Positions 22,607 through 31,674 of a DNA stretch of 49,820 nt are shown here, piece by piece. A program made the translations under genes and the position numbers. Source of the DNA: a virus; IMG/VR virus record IMGVR_UViG_3300014824_000003; one strand, given 5' to 3'. The stretch's first letter is position 1. Each line of letters begins with the position of its first letter. The notes beneath the pieces are model-generated. The model worked only from the letters and a program-made list of their open reading frames with translations, did not search any database and was not told the DNA's origin.

Positions 22607-23797
22607 TTAACACATTTTGTTTACAAGCGCCTGAATGGTTGCGTAATTGTAACCGGCGGCTTCAAGCTTTGCCTTTCTCTGTGGGTTATTTCCCCATTTT
22701 CCGGCCAGAACTTCCTTCGCGATTTCCTCGTTGGATTTCTTCGCCGGTGCGGCTTTCTGATTAACGATCGCCTGGATCGCGTTGTAATCGTAGCCAGCGG
22801 CGGAAAGTCTGTTCTTTCTGTCATCACCATTTCCCCAGGCTCCAGCCAGAACTTCCTTCGCGATTTCCTCGTTGGATTTCTTCGCCGGTGTGGCTTTCTG
22901 ATTAACAATCGCCTGGATCGCGTTGTAATCGTAGCCAGCGGCGGAAAGTCTGTTCTTTCTGTCATCACCATTTCCCCAGGCTCCAGCCAGAACCTCGTTC
23001 GCGATTTCCTCGTTAGATTTCTTCGCTGGTGCCGGTGTGGCTTTCTGATTAACAATCGCCTGGATCGCGTTGTAATCATAACCGGCGGCGGAAAGTCTAT
23101 TCTTTCTGTCGTCGCCATTTCCCCATTTTCCGGCCAGAACTTCCTTCGCGATTTCCTCGTTGGACTTCTTCGGCTGTGCCGGTGCTGGCTTTGATCCGCC
23201 CAGTTCTGCCGGAAAATCTCTGTAACAAATATTCATGTCAAGTCCGGAAGATCCGATTCCGTCACATGATCCCTTGCTGGTGTACTGCCAAATATCGAAG
23301 TTTGAAACGTTCGGCTTGTTTCCAGGCTGTCCGTTGTTTACTCCGTACTTTGCAACCCATTTTGTGTATGAATCAACGCCCACCAGGTAGTTATTCCACC
23401 AGTTTTCGTTAGCATACACGCCAGGCATGTAACCAGCGGCCTTCACGGCTTCACAAAAGACTTTTACAACGTCCTTCGCAATTCCGGACTGGCTGGCTTC
23501 CTCAACGTCGATATAAAGCGGATAACTAAGCTTGTAGCCTTTCACCAGACGAAGCGCGTGATCTGCTTCTGATTTTGCCATATCTGTATTTTTTGCGTAA
23601 GAATACAGATAAACGCCGAACGGAATCCCTAGTCTGGAACACTCGTCGGCGTTTCTCTTGAACATTTTGTCGTCCTGGCTTTCAATGTCGGAACCATAGC
23701 CGCAACGCATAAGCACGCCGCCGATTCCAGACGCCTTTACCTTGTCCCAGTCAATAACGCCATTATGAACTGATACGTCAATCATTTTTACTTCCAT
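22607..23797 (-). CDS. Endolysin: GH25 muramidase plus four CW_7 cell-wall-binding repeats (Cpl-7-like)
   Basis: N-terminus IDVSVHNGVIDWDKVK...DIWQYTS resembles GH25. Four copies of KKSNEEIAKEVLAGxWGNGDDRKNRLSAAGYDYNAIQAIVNQKA. ATG 23797 follows SD AGTGAGGAA. Confidence 0.85.
   Translation of the reverse strand: MEVKMIDVSVHNGVIDWDKVKASGIGGVLMRCGYGSDIESQDDKMFKRNADECSRLGIPFGVYLYSYAKNTDMAKSEADHALRLVKGYKLSYPLYIDVEEASQSGIAKDVVKVFCEAVKAAGYMPGVYANENWWNNYLVGVDSYTKWVAKYGVNNGQPGNKPNVSNFDIWQYTSKGSCDGIGSSGLDMNICYRDFPAELGGSKPAPAQPKKSNEEIAKEVLAGKWGNGDDRKNRLSAAGYDYNAIQAIVNQKATPAPAKKSNEEIANEVLAGAWGNGDDRKNRLSAAGYDYNAIQAIVNQKATPAKKSNEEIAKEVLAGAWGNGDDRKNRLSAAGYDYNAIQAIVNQKAAPAKKSNEEIAKEVLAGKWGNNPQRKAKLEAAGYNYATIQALVNKMC
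22610..23170. repeat. Four tandem 141-147 bp repeats encoding the CW_7 modules (three are near-identical)
   Basis: The protein repeats R1-R3 differ at only a few residues. Confidence 0.85.
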
Positions 23798-23801
23798 GAT
23801 A

Positions 23802-24032
23802 TTATTCCTCACTTTCTACTTCCGGAATACCGGCAACACTTGTTAAAATGCTTACAACGCCAGAAACTACGGCGGAAGATACGACGATCTTCCAGTCTAC
23901 GGCGGCTACAACGGTGCTTGTGCCGATCACCGCAACGGCTGTCTGTGCCATTGTTTTAACGGCGCGAATAGCCGCTTTCTTTGCCCATTCCTTTGTGTTT
24001 ACTGACGCTTTCAAAACTGAATTCTTAAACAT
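23802..24032 (-). CDS. Holin (LL-H/phi LC3-like)
   Basis: 76 aa with two hydrophobic helices and a charged C-terminus PEVESEE. Directly upstream of the endolysin. Confidence 0.7.
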   Translation of the reverse strand: MFKNSVLKASVNTKEWAKKAAIRAVKTMAQTAVAVIGTSTVVAAVDWKIVVSSAVVSGVVSILTSVAGIPEVESEE

Positions 24033-24051
24033 AGTCTTCTTTGCTCCTTTC

Positions 24052-24315
24052 TTACATTCCGACGCCTGATCGAATTAACGTGAATAAAATCCCGACCGCC
24101 GCTGTGATGATTGCCGCGACGACTGTTCGGAAAAGCCATTTGTTCGATTCTTCCAGGCTGTCAACCTTTGTTGTTGCATCTTCAAGATCGTTCTGGATCC
24201 GAAGAATCGCTTTCTCGTTCTCGTATGTTTTCACCTTTGCGTTGTTGTAGCCGTCAAGCTTTTCTTCGATCTTGATAAGGCGATCGAGAACTTCTCTTTC
24301 AAATTCTGCTTCCAT
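24052..24315 (-). CDS. xhlA: XhlA-like hemolysin/lysis accessory protein
   Basis: Coiled-coil N-terminus plus a C-terminal TM helix WLFRTVVAAIITAAVGILFTLI. Precedes the holin. Confidence 0.6.
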   Translation of the reverse strand: MEAEFEREVLDRLIKIEEKLDGYNNAKVKTYENEKAILRIQNDLEDATTKVDSLEESNKWLFRTVVAAIITAAVGILFTLIRSGVGM

Positions 24316-24372
24316 CGGCGAACCCCCTTTCCCTGAAAATAGACAATTAAAAATAGCCGGGATAATTCCCGA

Positions 24373-25509
24373 CTATGAATTGTTGCGAATACGAAAAGAA
24401 AATTCGTCAATGATTTTTCTTAAAAGATTTCCGGCCGTGAAATGCTGGATCAGGCCGAAATAGCTTTGCATTGTGTTATTAAGTTTTTGAAAACCTATTT
24501 CGCAAGCTTCAAAAAGCTTTTTAATGAACTTTATCCGGCGGAACATACGCTTTCGCGTGCTTTTCCTCATTCGGATAAATTTCGGTGAAATCTGCGCCCC
24601 TACGAACGTGACCGGAAGCCACGCCGGGCGAATACTGGTTTTATTATTTAGTTCCAGGTGAAGGCGTTCTTCCAGGAAGTTTTTTATATTATCCAGGATT
24701 CCCTTCAATTCCTCTTTATCCGGCCACAAGATAATAATGTCGTCCACGTATCGAATAAACAGATGGATTCCAAGTTCGTGTTTACAGTATTGATCTAATT
24801 CGTTTAGATAGATATTCGCGAACATCTGGCTTGTAAGGTTTCCGATTGGCATACCGCGATCAAAAAGCCAGTCTTCTTCGTTGCAAAGTTCCGGTTGCAC
24901 GCCAGCCGGAAGGCCGAACGCCGTATTTTCACAATTTATCAGTTTGTAAAGGTCGCGAAGAATTTCTTCGTCCTTGATTTTTCGTGATAATATATCCATC
25001 AAAACCGCGTGATCCACGCGATAGAAATATTTTGAAATGTCAAGCTTTAACACGTACCAGGTTTTTCCACTTCGATTCACTTTTCGAAGCCAGCGTTGAA
25101 GCTGATCGCGCGCTTTTGTTGTGCCTTTCCCTTGTCTACAACCGTAACTGTGCGTTATAAACTGCTTATCGAATAACGGGTTTAAGATCTGGTAATAGGC
25201 CCATTGAACAACGCGATCCGGATATTCCAGCGCCATAATAATTCGCGGCTTCGGTTCGTAAATCTGTTTCTTCCGGTATCGTCCGACTTTGTATGAAGAT
25301 TCTGTTTTTCCGGGAATCTGGTTCCCTTCTTCGTCAAAAACCGGATAATAAGTAAGTCGATTAAGTAAATCAATGATCCCTTCTTCCCTATGTGCCGAAA
25401 ACTTCAAATTTTCGTCGCGGTAGTGTTTACATTGCGAAGCGTTTTTGTCAGCTTCAAGAATATTTTCAAAATTGACAATATCGCTATGCTTTACATCAAA
25501 GGTCTTCAT
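24373..25509 (-). CDS. DGR reverse transcriptase
   Basis: YVDD catalytic box (IRYVDDIIIL) and the DGR-type motif PIGNLTSQMFANIYL. ATG 25509 follows SD AAAGGAAT. The track ORF starts at TTG 25515. Confidence 0.9.
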   Translation of the reverse strand: MKTFDVKHSDIVNFENILEADKNASQCKHYRDENLKFSAHREEGIIDLLNRLTYYPVFDEEGNQIPGKTESSYKVGRYRKKQIYEPKPRIIMALEYPDRVVQWAYYQILNPLFDKQFITHSYGCRQGKGTTKARDQLQRWLRKVNRSGKTWYVLKLDISKYFYRVDHAVLMDILSRKIKDEEILRDLYKLINCENTAFGLPAGVQPELCNEEDWLFDRGMPIGNLTSQMFANIYLNELDQYCKHELGIHLFIRYVDDIIILWPDKEELKGILDNIKNFLEERLHLELNNKTSIRPAWLPVTFVGAQISPKFIRMRKSTRKRMFRRIKFIKKLFEACEIGFQKLNNTMQSYFGLIQHFTAGNLLRKIIDEFSFRIRNNS

Positions 25510-25720
25510 TGACAAAATTCCTTTCTTTGGAATATGCGCCCAGGTTTTCGGCCGTAGGCGCGGCGCTACCCGTGAAACCCTTCCCTGTCTTCGTACCGGT
25601 ACTAACTAACTTGATAGCAACGTTAATATTTCCGGATATAGCACCCGGAACGGAGATAGATCCCTTTCCCTTTCTTGCACTGTGAAGCGTCCTTGAACGC
25701 TCCCTTCTGGCTAAAAGGGT

Positions 25721-25835
25721 AAGCGGAGAAAAAGCCGTGGTTCGTCCTGACGTTCGAACGTTCGTTGTTCAAGTTCAACGCGGAAGGGCCAGCGTTCGAA
25801 GTGTTGTTGTAACTGCCACCCACGATCGGCAAGCG
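25721..25835 (-). repeat. DGR template repeat (TR)
   Basis: 115 bp homologous to VR1 and 109 bp to VR2. By my count it has 25 coding-sense adenines and 8 AAC codons in the VR frame. The track ORF 25623-25832 is not a gene. Confidence 0.9.
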
Positions 25836-25862
25836 TTATTTGACCTATCCCCACCGCGGAAA

Positions 25863-26282
25863 TTACTTTCCGCATTTAGCTGATTCTTTTTGTGAATTGA
25901 TCCAGCCGCCGAGAAGCCGGCCTATTTCACATAACTTTTCCGAAATCAGTTTGTAACGCTTTTCGTCGATGAACCGTAAGTCATAAGAAAGATCGTTGAA
26001 TAGCCTTAATTCTTCAAGTTGAATATCCGCGTCTTGAAGTGTCGTTTTCTTGAAATACTTCTTTTGTGCCGCGATAATGTATTCTAAAAATCCGAATAGA
26101 CATTTCTTGTAATCTGTTACGAAGCCCAGTTTTTCGCTACGTGGATATTTCGACCACGTAGTATAAAGATATTTCATAAGATCTTTCGTTTTCTGCAAAA
26201 TGATAAGGCCGCTTCGTTGATCCTTCCCTTCGTTTGTTTCTGGATCCACGTTCGCCTTATGATAAAATCTTTGTTGTCCCAC
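25863..26282 (-). CDS. avd: Accessory variability determinant (Avd, four-helix-bundle family)
   Basis: 139 aa, basic and helical, MKYLYTTWSKYPRSEKLGFVTDYKK... Positioned between the target gene and the TR. Confidence 0.8.
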   Translation of the reverse strand: MGQQRFYHKANVDPETNEGKDQRSGLIILQKTKDLMKYLYTTWSKYPRSEKLGFVTDYKKCLFGFLEYIIAAQKKYFKKTTLQDADIQLEELRLFNDLSYDLRFIDEKRYKLISEKLCEIGRLLGGWINSQKESAKCGK

Positions 26283-26314
26283 TCCTGGAATTTTTCCTTT
26301 CTGTCTAAAATAAA

Positions 26315-26334
26315 GGGGCTACTACCGTAGCCCC
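26315..26334 (-). other. Hairpin GGGGCTAC-GGTA-GTAGCCCC downstream of VR1
   Basis: 8-bp perfect GC-rich stem with a 4-nt loop, 30 nt 3' of the target-1 stop. Confidence 0.65.
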
Positions 26335-26363
26335 AAACAGAACACGGTCTGTCAGATTACAGA

Positions 26364-27413
26364 TCACAATTCCATATAAGCGGAGAAAAAGCCGCGGTTC
26401 GTCCCGACGTACGAACGTTCGTTGTTCAAGAGCAACGCGGAAGGGCCAGCGAGCGAAGTGTCGTAGTAACTGCCACCCACGAACGGCAAGCGCTCACCTT
26501 CGTTGTTGATCCAGAATCCGCCGGTGTGAGTTACGCCCGTAACCGGTGCAAGGAATAATTCCTTTAAGATCTCCGGAATAGTTGTGACGCCCGTTCCGGC
26601 CGCAATATTTCCGAAGTTTGGTGAATAAGTTGATCCAGCGGCGACAGTATCTGTTGCAATTTTGAAATCCTTTGTATATTTCAAAGTTCCGGCTGTTCCA
26701 GGTTCAACAAGTGATCCGTCCGGCTTGATAGCCTTCCAGAATGTGGACGCGTCGGCGTGTGATACCTGTTTCGCGGCAAGGTTGCCGGCGAAGATCTGAA
26801 TTTCGCCGTTCTTAACACGCATACCAGAACACCACTTCCAGCAATTTCCAACCCAGTCCGCGATTCCCTGGCGTGTTCCGTCGTGGAACCATGTCGCCGG
26901 GCCTGATCCGGTCGCTGTTCTGGTTGTTCTTGTGCCGCCGGAACCGTCGCTTTCTGTTGCGGTTGTTTCGCCGGTTTCGTATGTATAGGTGTGATTCTTG
27001 CCATACTGTGTATTTCCACGCGGAACAAATCCGGATTTATAGATCAAGTGGTTAATGACCGCGCGTTCCGGAATACTCATCAGGTGGAATCCAGTTCCCT
27101 TCGCATTACAAGCCTTGACAGAATCGTCAAAGTTGATTGAAGCGCGCGGATCTACGCCAGGCCATGAATAAGCACGTCCGTTTACGATTGTGTTTAAGAA
27201 ATTCGAAATGAAGAATCGCTTGTATAACACGCCGTCAACATTGAACGCTTCGGCGACTTTTGAACTTCCGCCGGCAAAAAGCTGGGCGTTTGTGATCTGG
27301 TTAATAGGCTTCATAAAGGACGGAAGGTTCGCGTTATCCATGATAACAGTAGAACCGTAGCCAGTAAGGCCTTCCGTCGCGAATTTTAAGCTGTCAAACT
27401 GATAACTATTCAT
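26364..27413 (-). CDS. DGR target protein 1 (FGE/C-type-lectin-fold receptor-binding candidate)
   Basis: Last gene of the tail module. GRAYSWPGVDP...GFHLMSIPE...GPATWFH. The C-terminal 38 codons are VR1. Confidence 0.85.
   Translation of the reverse strand: MNSYQFDSLKFATEGLTGYGSTVIMDNANLPSFMKPINQITNAQLFAGGSSKVAEAFNVDGVLYKRFFISNFLNTIVNGRAYSWPGVDPRASINFDDSVKACNAKGTGFHLMSIPERAVINHLIYKSGFVPRGNTQYGKNHTYTYETGETTATESDGSGGTRTTRTATGSGPATWFHDGTRQGIADWVGNCWKWCSGMRVKNGEIQIFAGNLAAKQVSHADASTFWKAIKPDGSLVEPGTAGTLKYTKDFKIATDTVAAGSTYSPNFGNIAAGTGVTTIPEILKELFLAPVTGVTHTGGFWINNEGERLPFVGGSYYDTSLAGPSALLLNNERSYVGTNRGFFSAYMEL
26378..26492 (-). repeat. DGR variable region VR1
   Basis: 115 bp align to the TR with 10 mismatches, all at TR plus-strand T (coding-strand A). 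Confidence 0.9.
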
Positions 27414-27768
27414 AAATTACACCTTCTTTCAGCGCGAAAAGCGTTAATGTCACGTTGTCGATAGAGAACGGAACGGCTTCGCGTTTGATAGTAGTTTTTG
27501 AAGAATAAGGTTCTTCTTCGTTGTAGTCCGGATTTTCGACTTCGGTTTCGGTGTACTGTCTGGCCGGAATATCCACCTGGGCCACGTAGTAAAGCCCCGA
27601 TCCGGTTCCCAGCGCCCCGAATTCGTCCGAAGTAATGTCGATATGGACGTCGTAGTCTGCTTCGCGGCTTTTCAGGTTCAACATGATCTGATCGCCGATA
27701 TTAAGCCAGTTTTTATTGACAGAATAGGAAATCTTCTGTCCTTCGTTAGCTTCAACAATTTTAATCAT
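27406..27768 (-). CDS. Hypothetical tail-module protein (120 aa)
   Basis: ORF track; overlaps both neighbouring genes. Confidence 0.55.
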   Translation of the reverse strand: MIKIVEANEGQKISYSVNKNWLNIGDQIMLNLKSREADYDVHIDITSDEFGALGTGSGLYYVAQVDIPARQYTETEVENPDYNEEEPYSSKTTIKREAVPFSIDNVTLTLFALKEGVIYE

Positions 27769-27932
27769 CGAATACCTACCTCTCTTTTTACTTCGTTCAT
27801 GCGCGCGTTGATTTCTTCGGCGTACTCACGGTTTTCACGATCGGAATTTCTTTCGCAACCGCCGCCGAACTGGCTAAGAATAGCCGTTTCCTGGTGTCTT
27901 CTTTCGTCTGATTTAATAATCACATTTGCCAT
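27765..27932 (-). CDS. Small protein (55 aa, MANVIIKSDERRHQETAILSQFGGGCERNSD...)
   Basis: Hand translation. TAATG and ATGA overlaps with its neighbours. SD AAAGGCGGA. Confidence 0.45.
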   Translation of the reverse strand: MANVIIKSDERRHQETAILSQFGGGCERNSDRENREYAEEINARMNEVKREVGIR

Positions 27933-28423
27933 TAGTACAATCCGCCTTTCACATGAAATTTAATAGTTACATTTTTCGCGCTTCCAAGATAGGAAGCCTT
28001 GAAAGCGTTCAGGGCCTTTCCGTACACTTCGACGTGTTCGACCGGGCCGTCCGCTTCTACAATTTCCGCTTCGACCTGATATTCAGTGTTATTCACCATC
28101 TGCGGAAGTGGAATTGTCGCTTCTGCATTTGTCGCCGGAAATTTAAGCGTATTCTTCAAAGTGGACGTGATGATCTGGCCACGCAAGTCGTCAATGTAAT
28201 TGTGCGCCAGGCGAACATTCATAGCCAGATAAGCGCCCAGAAGTGCGTTTTCCACGTTTCCGAAATCCATATTTCCGAAATTAGTCGAAGACTGCTGGGT
28301 TCCTTTCTGGCTGATTTCGCCAGGATCCGGCGCCCACTCTTTGATTCCATTTCCAAGATCTGTTACACGAACCCTTCTAGGGTGTTCAACAATTCGATCT
28401 TGCCAGAATACCGGTATATACAT
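27932..28423 (-). CDS. Hypothetical tail fibre/baseplate-distal protein (163 aa)
   Basis: ORF track; SD GGAAGGAGTG. Position follows the gpI-like gene. Confidence 0.5.
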   Translation of the reverse strand: MYIPVFWQDRIVEHPRRVRVTDLGNGIKEWAPDPGEISQKGTQQSSTNFGNMDFGNVENALLGAYLAMNVRLAHNYIDDLRGQIITSTLKNTLKFPATNAEATIPLPQMVNNTEYQVEAEIVEADGPVEHVEVYGKALNAFKASYLGSAKNVTIKFHVKGGLY

Positions 28424-28439
28424 GTTCTTTCACTCCTTC

Positions 28440-28769
28440 CTATTTGCCCGAAGACTGGACAAGTTTAATCGTATAACGATAAAGGACGCCTTCTTCGAAA
28501 TCCTCTTTGTTAAGATTTTCATTTCCGCCGGCGAAAATAAATCCGTTTCTGTGATAGAATCGAATTCCGGTAATCTGATTCGGGGCGGTATGGTCGAACA
28601 TAACAAAAATAGCCGCGCGGCCGTCCGGTAACGTTTCGACCTTATAGATCGGAATTTTGTACCAGGTGGATCCGGAACGATATTCTGCATAAGCCACGGA
28701 ATTTTTCAGGTATTCCTTGAAGTCTTCCAGGGCTTCGTTCGTTAATGGGATATAACTTCCTTCTGCCAT
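28440..28769 (-). CDS. Hypothetical tail-module protein (109 aa from ATG 28769)
   Basis: SD AAAGGAG lies 8 nt before ATG 28769. Confidence 0.5.
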   Translation of the reverse strand: MAEGSYIPLTNEALEDFKEYLKNSVAYAEYRSGSTWYKIPIYKVETLPDGRAAIFVMFDHTAPNQITGIRFYHRNGFIFAGGNENLNKEDFEEGVLYRYTIKLVQSSGK

Positions 28770-28783
28770 GCTTCGAACTCCTT

Positions 28784-29803
28784 TCATTCTTCGGCGGCTT
28801 CTTTTGCCGCGTCAGTGTTATAATATAAGTCAAAATTTTCGCCTTCCGGTGATAAGGAAACGCCGCTTTCCACTTGTGCGAAGCTGATAGAAGTTTCCGG
28901 ATAATCTCCGGATTCTGCTTCGCTGTCTGCCGGATAAACGATTGTAGATCCGTCAGAATCGCCTTGAACGTCAATTTGAACTTCTGTAAATTGTGCGCCG
29001 ATTGAAATATCCGGCGCGGTTCCTGATTCCGCTTCGCTGTCTGTTGGATAAACGATTGTTGTATCGTCGGAAGCGGTCTGAATGTCGATCTGGTTTTCAG
29101 ATAATGCGGCACCGACCGAAATATCCGGTGTTGTTCCGGTTTCTGTATAGATTACAGATCCGGCGGAATCACCATTCGGAACAATGTCGATCTGTACTTC
29201 TGTAAATTCTGCGCCGATTTCAGTATTCGGATATGTTCCACATTCCATTTCGCCGCAAAATGTATAAAAGAAGCTCTGATAATCAGATTTTGGATATAGA
29301 AAAAGCGTGGTTCCGTTCTGAAATACCAGGTAATCAAAACGTGACCGCGCATTTTTAACAGTGTTTAAGTATCTTAAAAATTCCGTGATCGAAGTCTGTG
29401 AAACATTTGTTCCGACCGTGATCCGGAAATGGAAGGCTTCGCCGGCGTATGTGTACCATTCTTCGACCGAAGAATTATCGTTCTGGAAGACAATATCAAT
29501 CATTTCTTCCATTGCCTGGCGTGTGCCTAGTTTCATATACCAGTAAATCGAATTTTGAATCAACTGGCGTTTTATTGAAGGATCCAGTCCTGAATTGTAG
29601 AATAAGACTCTGTTTTCTACTGCCAGGACGTCCAGTTTGTCGTCTGGTACATTTTCCAGGCTGGCCCATATTAACACGCGCTTTTTCGCTTCCAGGATCC
29701 TTTTTTTCTCCTGGTCGAACGCATACGCGGCCGCGCAACGACTAGCTGTTTTCATTTCGGACGGGAACGCGTCTTCCGTCCGGTAATCTGCAAGCTTAAT
29801 CAT
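28784..29803 (-). CDS. Baseplate protein, P2 gpI/XkdU-like N-terminus, with a tandem-repeat C-terminal region
   Basis: N-terminus ...AAYAFDQE...LDVLAVENRVLFYN...IQNSIYWYMKLGT resembles Tail_P2_I. Follows the gpJ-like gene. Confidence 0.6.
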   Translation of the reverse strand: MIKLADYRTEDAFPSEMKTASRCAAAYAFDQEKKRILEAKKRVLIWASLENVPDDKLDVLAVENRVLFYNSGLDPSIKRQLIQNSIYWYMKLGTRQAMEEMIDIVFQNDNSSVEEWYTYAGEAFHFRITVGTNVSQTSITEFLRYLNTVKNARSRFDYLVFQNGTTLFLYPKSDYQSFFYTFCGEMECGTYPNTEIGAEFTEVQIDIVPNGDSAGSVIYTETGTTPDISVGAALSENQIDIQTASDDTTIVYPTDSEAESGTAPDISIGAQFTEVQIDVQGDSDGSTIVYPADSEAESGDYPETSISFAQVESGVSLSPEGENFDLYYNTDAAKEAAEE

Positions 29804-30959
29804 CTTCTACACCGCCATAAACAAATTCGATCGTATTATCAATAGCGACCGAGGTTTCCGGAATTCTCTGAAACACTGGGGAAGTAATAACGACGCGTTT
29901 TCCACCAGCGGCGCGGACGAATTCCGTTAATGCGTCCGGGTTAATATCCCGGCCGATCTTTGTCTTCTGCCAGTTCAAATATGTATCTTTCGCGGCTTCG
30001 ACGTTTTCCTTGATAGAATCAAGATTGTTTATGTCGCTTCTGGCTATATAATAAGTCGCTTTCAAGTCGTATTTCACCACATCAGGCGCCGCCACCTTGT
30101 CATTATCCGTCAGTGGAATGATCGGGTTTTCTTTCAGGAAAGCAAGAACGCCGTCGCAAAATGCTTTTGAAGGCAATCCGCCGCCGTTCAGAAGAATTCT
30201 AATATCGACGATAGCGTCTGTCGGTTCGTGGATCTTCACGTCTTCGATTGCCGCCGAATTGTACTGTTTTACCCAGTATTCGTATGCGTCGGAAGGGCCG
30301 GCTGTTGAATATGAAGACGGCGCCAGGTATATTCTTTCACGGAAACTTTCTTCGGTTTCTTCTCCGGCTCCGCCGTCTGTTTTGGTAATGTTCGAAACTG
30401 TCGCCACGTAAGGAACCGGATCAACGATAATTTCAAGCTGTCCCGGCGTGTAGTCGTTTCCGACCGTTCCGGCCGTCTGACAAGTACAGTCTATATCGAC
30501 ATAGGTTTCGCCGGCTGTAACTTCCGCGTAGTCGTCAGTTTCAAAATAAATCCCGTCGCCGGCTGTGATCCTGGTTCCGGCCGGAATATATACAACTTCC
30601 TTTCGACTTTCTGAAAGCGTAAATCTGGCCGTCGTGACAGCCGCTTTCGGTTCCTGGACGAACGTTTTCTTGAACGCTCCCAGGTGCTTCAAATAGTCGC
30701 CTTTTGAGTATTTCAGAAGGTTCATTTTTGCCGAAAAATCTATCTGTTGATACATCTGGAAAAATTCAGCCGCGTAGACGGTTAATTCGATGTATTCTTT
30801 ATCACCAGGGCGAAGAACGACCTTCTTCCCGGTTTCTTCTTCGTATCTTGCTTCGTAATCAGAAACAAGTCTTTGAAGAACTGTGTCAAAATCCGGTGCA
30901 ACGTCAGAAACGAACGATATATCCGGAAGACTATATAATTTTTGAATGTCATTCGCCAT
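29796..30959 (-). CDS. Baseplate J-like protein (P2 gpJ/XkdT)
   Basis: 387 aa. Synteny W-J-I; motif pattern of the Baseplate_J family. Confidence 0.7.
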   Translation of the reverse strand: MANDIQKLYSLPDISFVSDVAPDFDTVLQRLVSDYEARYEEETGKKVVLRPGDKEYIELTVYAAEFFQMYQQIDFSAKMNLLKYSKGDYLKHLGAFKKTFVQEPKAAVTTARFTLSESRKEVVYIPAGTRITAGDGIYFETDDYAEVTAGETYVDIDCTCQTAGTVGNDYTPGQLEIIVDPVPYVATVSNITKTDGGAGEETEESFRERIYLAPSSYSTAGPSDAYEYWVKQYNSAAIEDVKIHEPTDAIVDIRILLNGGGLPSKAFCDGVLAFLKENPIIPLTDNDKVAAPDVVKYDLKATYYIARSDINNLDSIKENVEAAKDTYLNWQKTKIGRDINPDALTEFVRAAGGKRVVITSPVFQRIPETSVAIDNTIEFVYGGVEDD

Positions 30960-31266
30960 TGTATGAAAGCACCACCTTCGGAATCATATTTCCGGAATCT
31001 CCGGATTCAAACTGGACTTCTTCCACGGAAAGGCGGTCTTCGAATTCTTCAATCAGTTCGATCGCGCTTACCGTGTATAAATTTCTTGCTATTGTGTCAG
31101 GTTGTGAAATAATATTCGGATCAAGTCCGATATTCCGGTTCATTGGGATTGTTCCCTTTATGCACGATAGTAAAAAGAATACCTTGTCAAGTAGTTCCTG
31201 GCGAAGCCCTCTTTCGTACACGCTGTTAATCACAATCTGCACGCCGTCTATTTTAATCATAGGCAC
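30949..31266 (-). CDS. Baseplate wedge protein, gp25/gpW-like
   Basis: 105 aa. Position precedes gpJ; ...IELIEEFEDRLSVEEVQF. Confidence 0.55.
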   Translation of the reverse strand: MPMIKIDGVQIVINSVYERGLRQELLDKVFFLLSCIKGTIPMNRNIGLDPNIISQPDTIARNLYTVSAIELIEEFEDRLSVEEVQFESGDSGNMIPKVVLSYNGE

Positions 31267-31270
31267 CGCC

Positions 31271-31660
31271 TTAATAATATTCTGTCGCCGTTATGGATAA
31301 ACTGACAGAAACAAGTTCGCCGCGGTTCCACACTTCGTTATATGTGGCGTCCACGCTGTCAATCGTCCATTTTCCGCCGCCTACTCTGTGGCCGCCGATC
31401 ATGAACGGAAGAACGTCGCCGTTCTGACAATGTTTTATTACTTTATCCATCATTTTTTTAGGTTTTACCCCGTGTCCGGCTCTGATATTCATTTCAAACG
31501 AAACGCCCTGATTTTCCGCGCCTTCAAATTCGCGCTGACTTTTCTTTTTATAGCGCTTATGTTCTGAGTAGTTCGCGGAAATGGAACGTTTCAATCCCTT
31601 AAAGTTACAAATCTTTTTGTCGCTAGTTTCGAAGATAATATCCCCTAAATAGCCGATCAT
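31271..31660 (-). CDS. P2 GpU-like tail protein
   Basis: MIGYLGDIIFE...LPFMIGGHRVGGGKWTIDSVD pattern. Confidence 0.45.
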   Translation of the reverse strand: MIGYLGDIIFETSDKKICNFKGLKRSISANYSEHKRYKKKSQREFEGAENQGVSFEMNIRAGHGVKPKKMMDKVIKHCQNGDVLPFMIGGHRVGGGKWTIDSVDATYNEVWNRGELVSVSLSITATEYY

Positions 31661-31674
31661 ATATAATCACCGCC

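Larger units (their letters stand above)
24373..27413 (-). other. Diversity-generating retroelement cassette (target1/VR1 - hairpin - avd - TR - RT)
   Basis: See component features. Confidence 0.9.

Noticed and set aside
22621-23118. 165-aa alternative-frame ORF inside the endolysin
   Set aside because: It is created by the tandem CW_7 DNA repeats. Its product is itself a repeat of an out-of-frame peptide and is fully nested in a well-supported gene.
25623-25832. 69-aa minus-strand ORF (MPIVGGSYNNTSNAGPSALNLNNERSNV...)
   Set aside because: It is the DGR template repeat read in the VR frame, plus run-on into the spacer. It has no RBS and lies between avd and the RT. It is an RNA template, not a protein gene.
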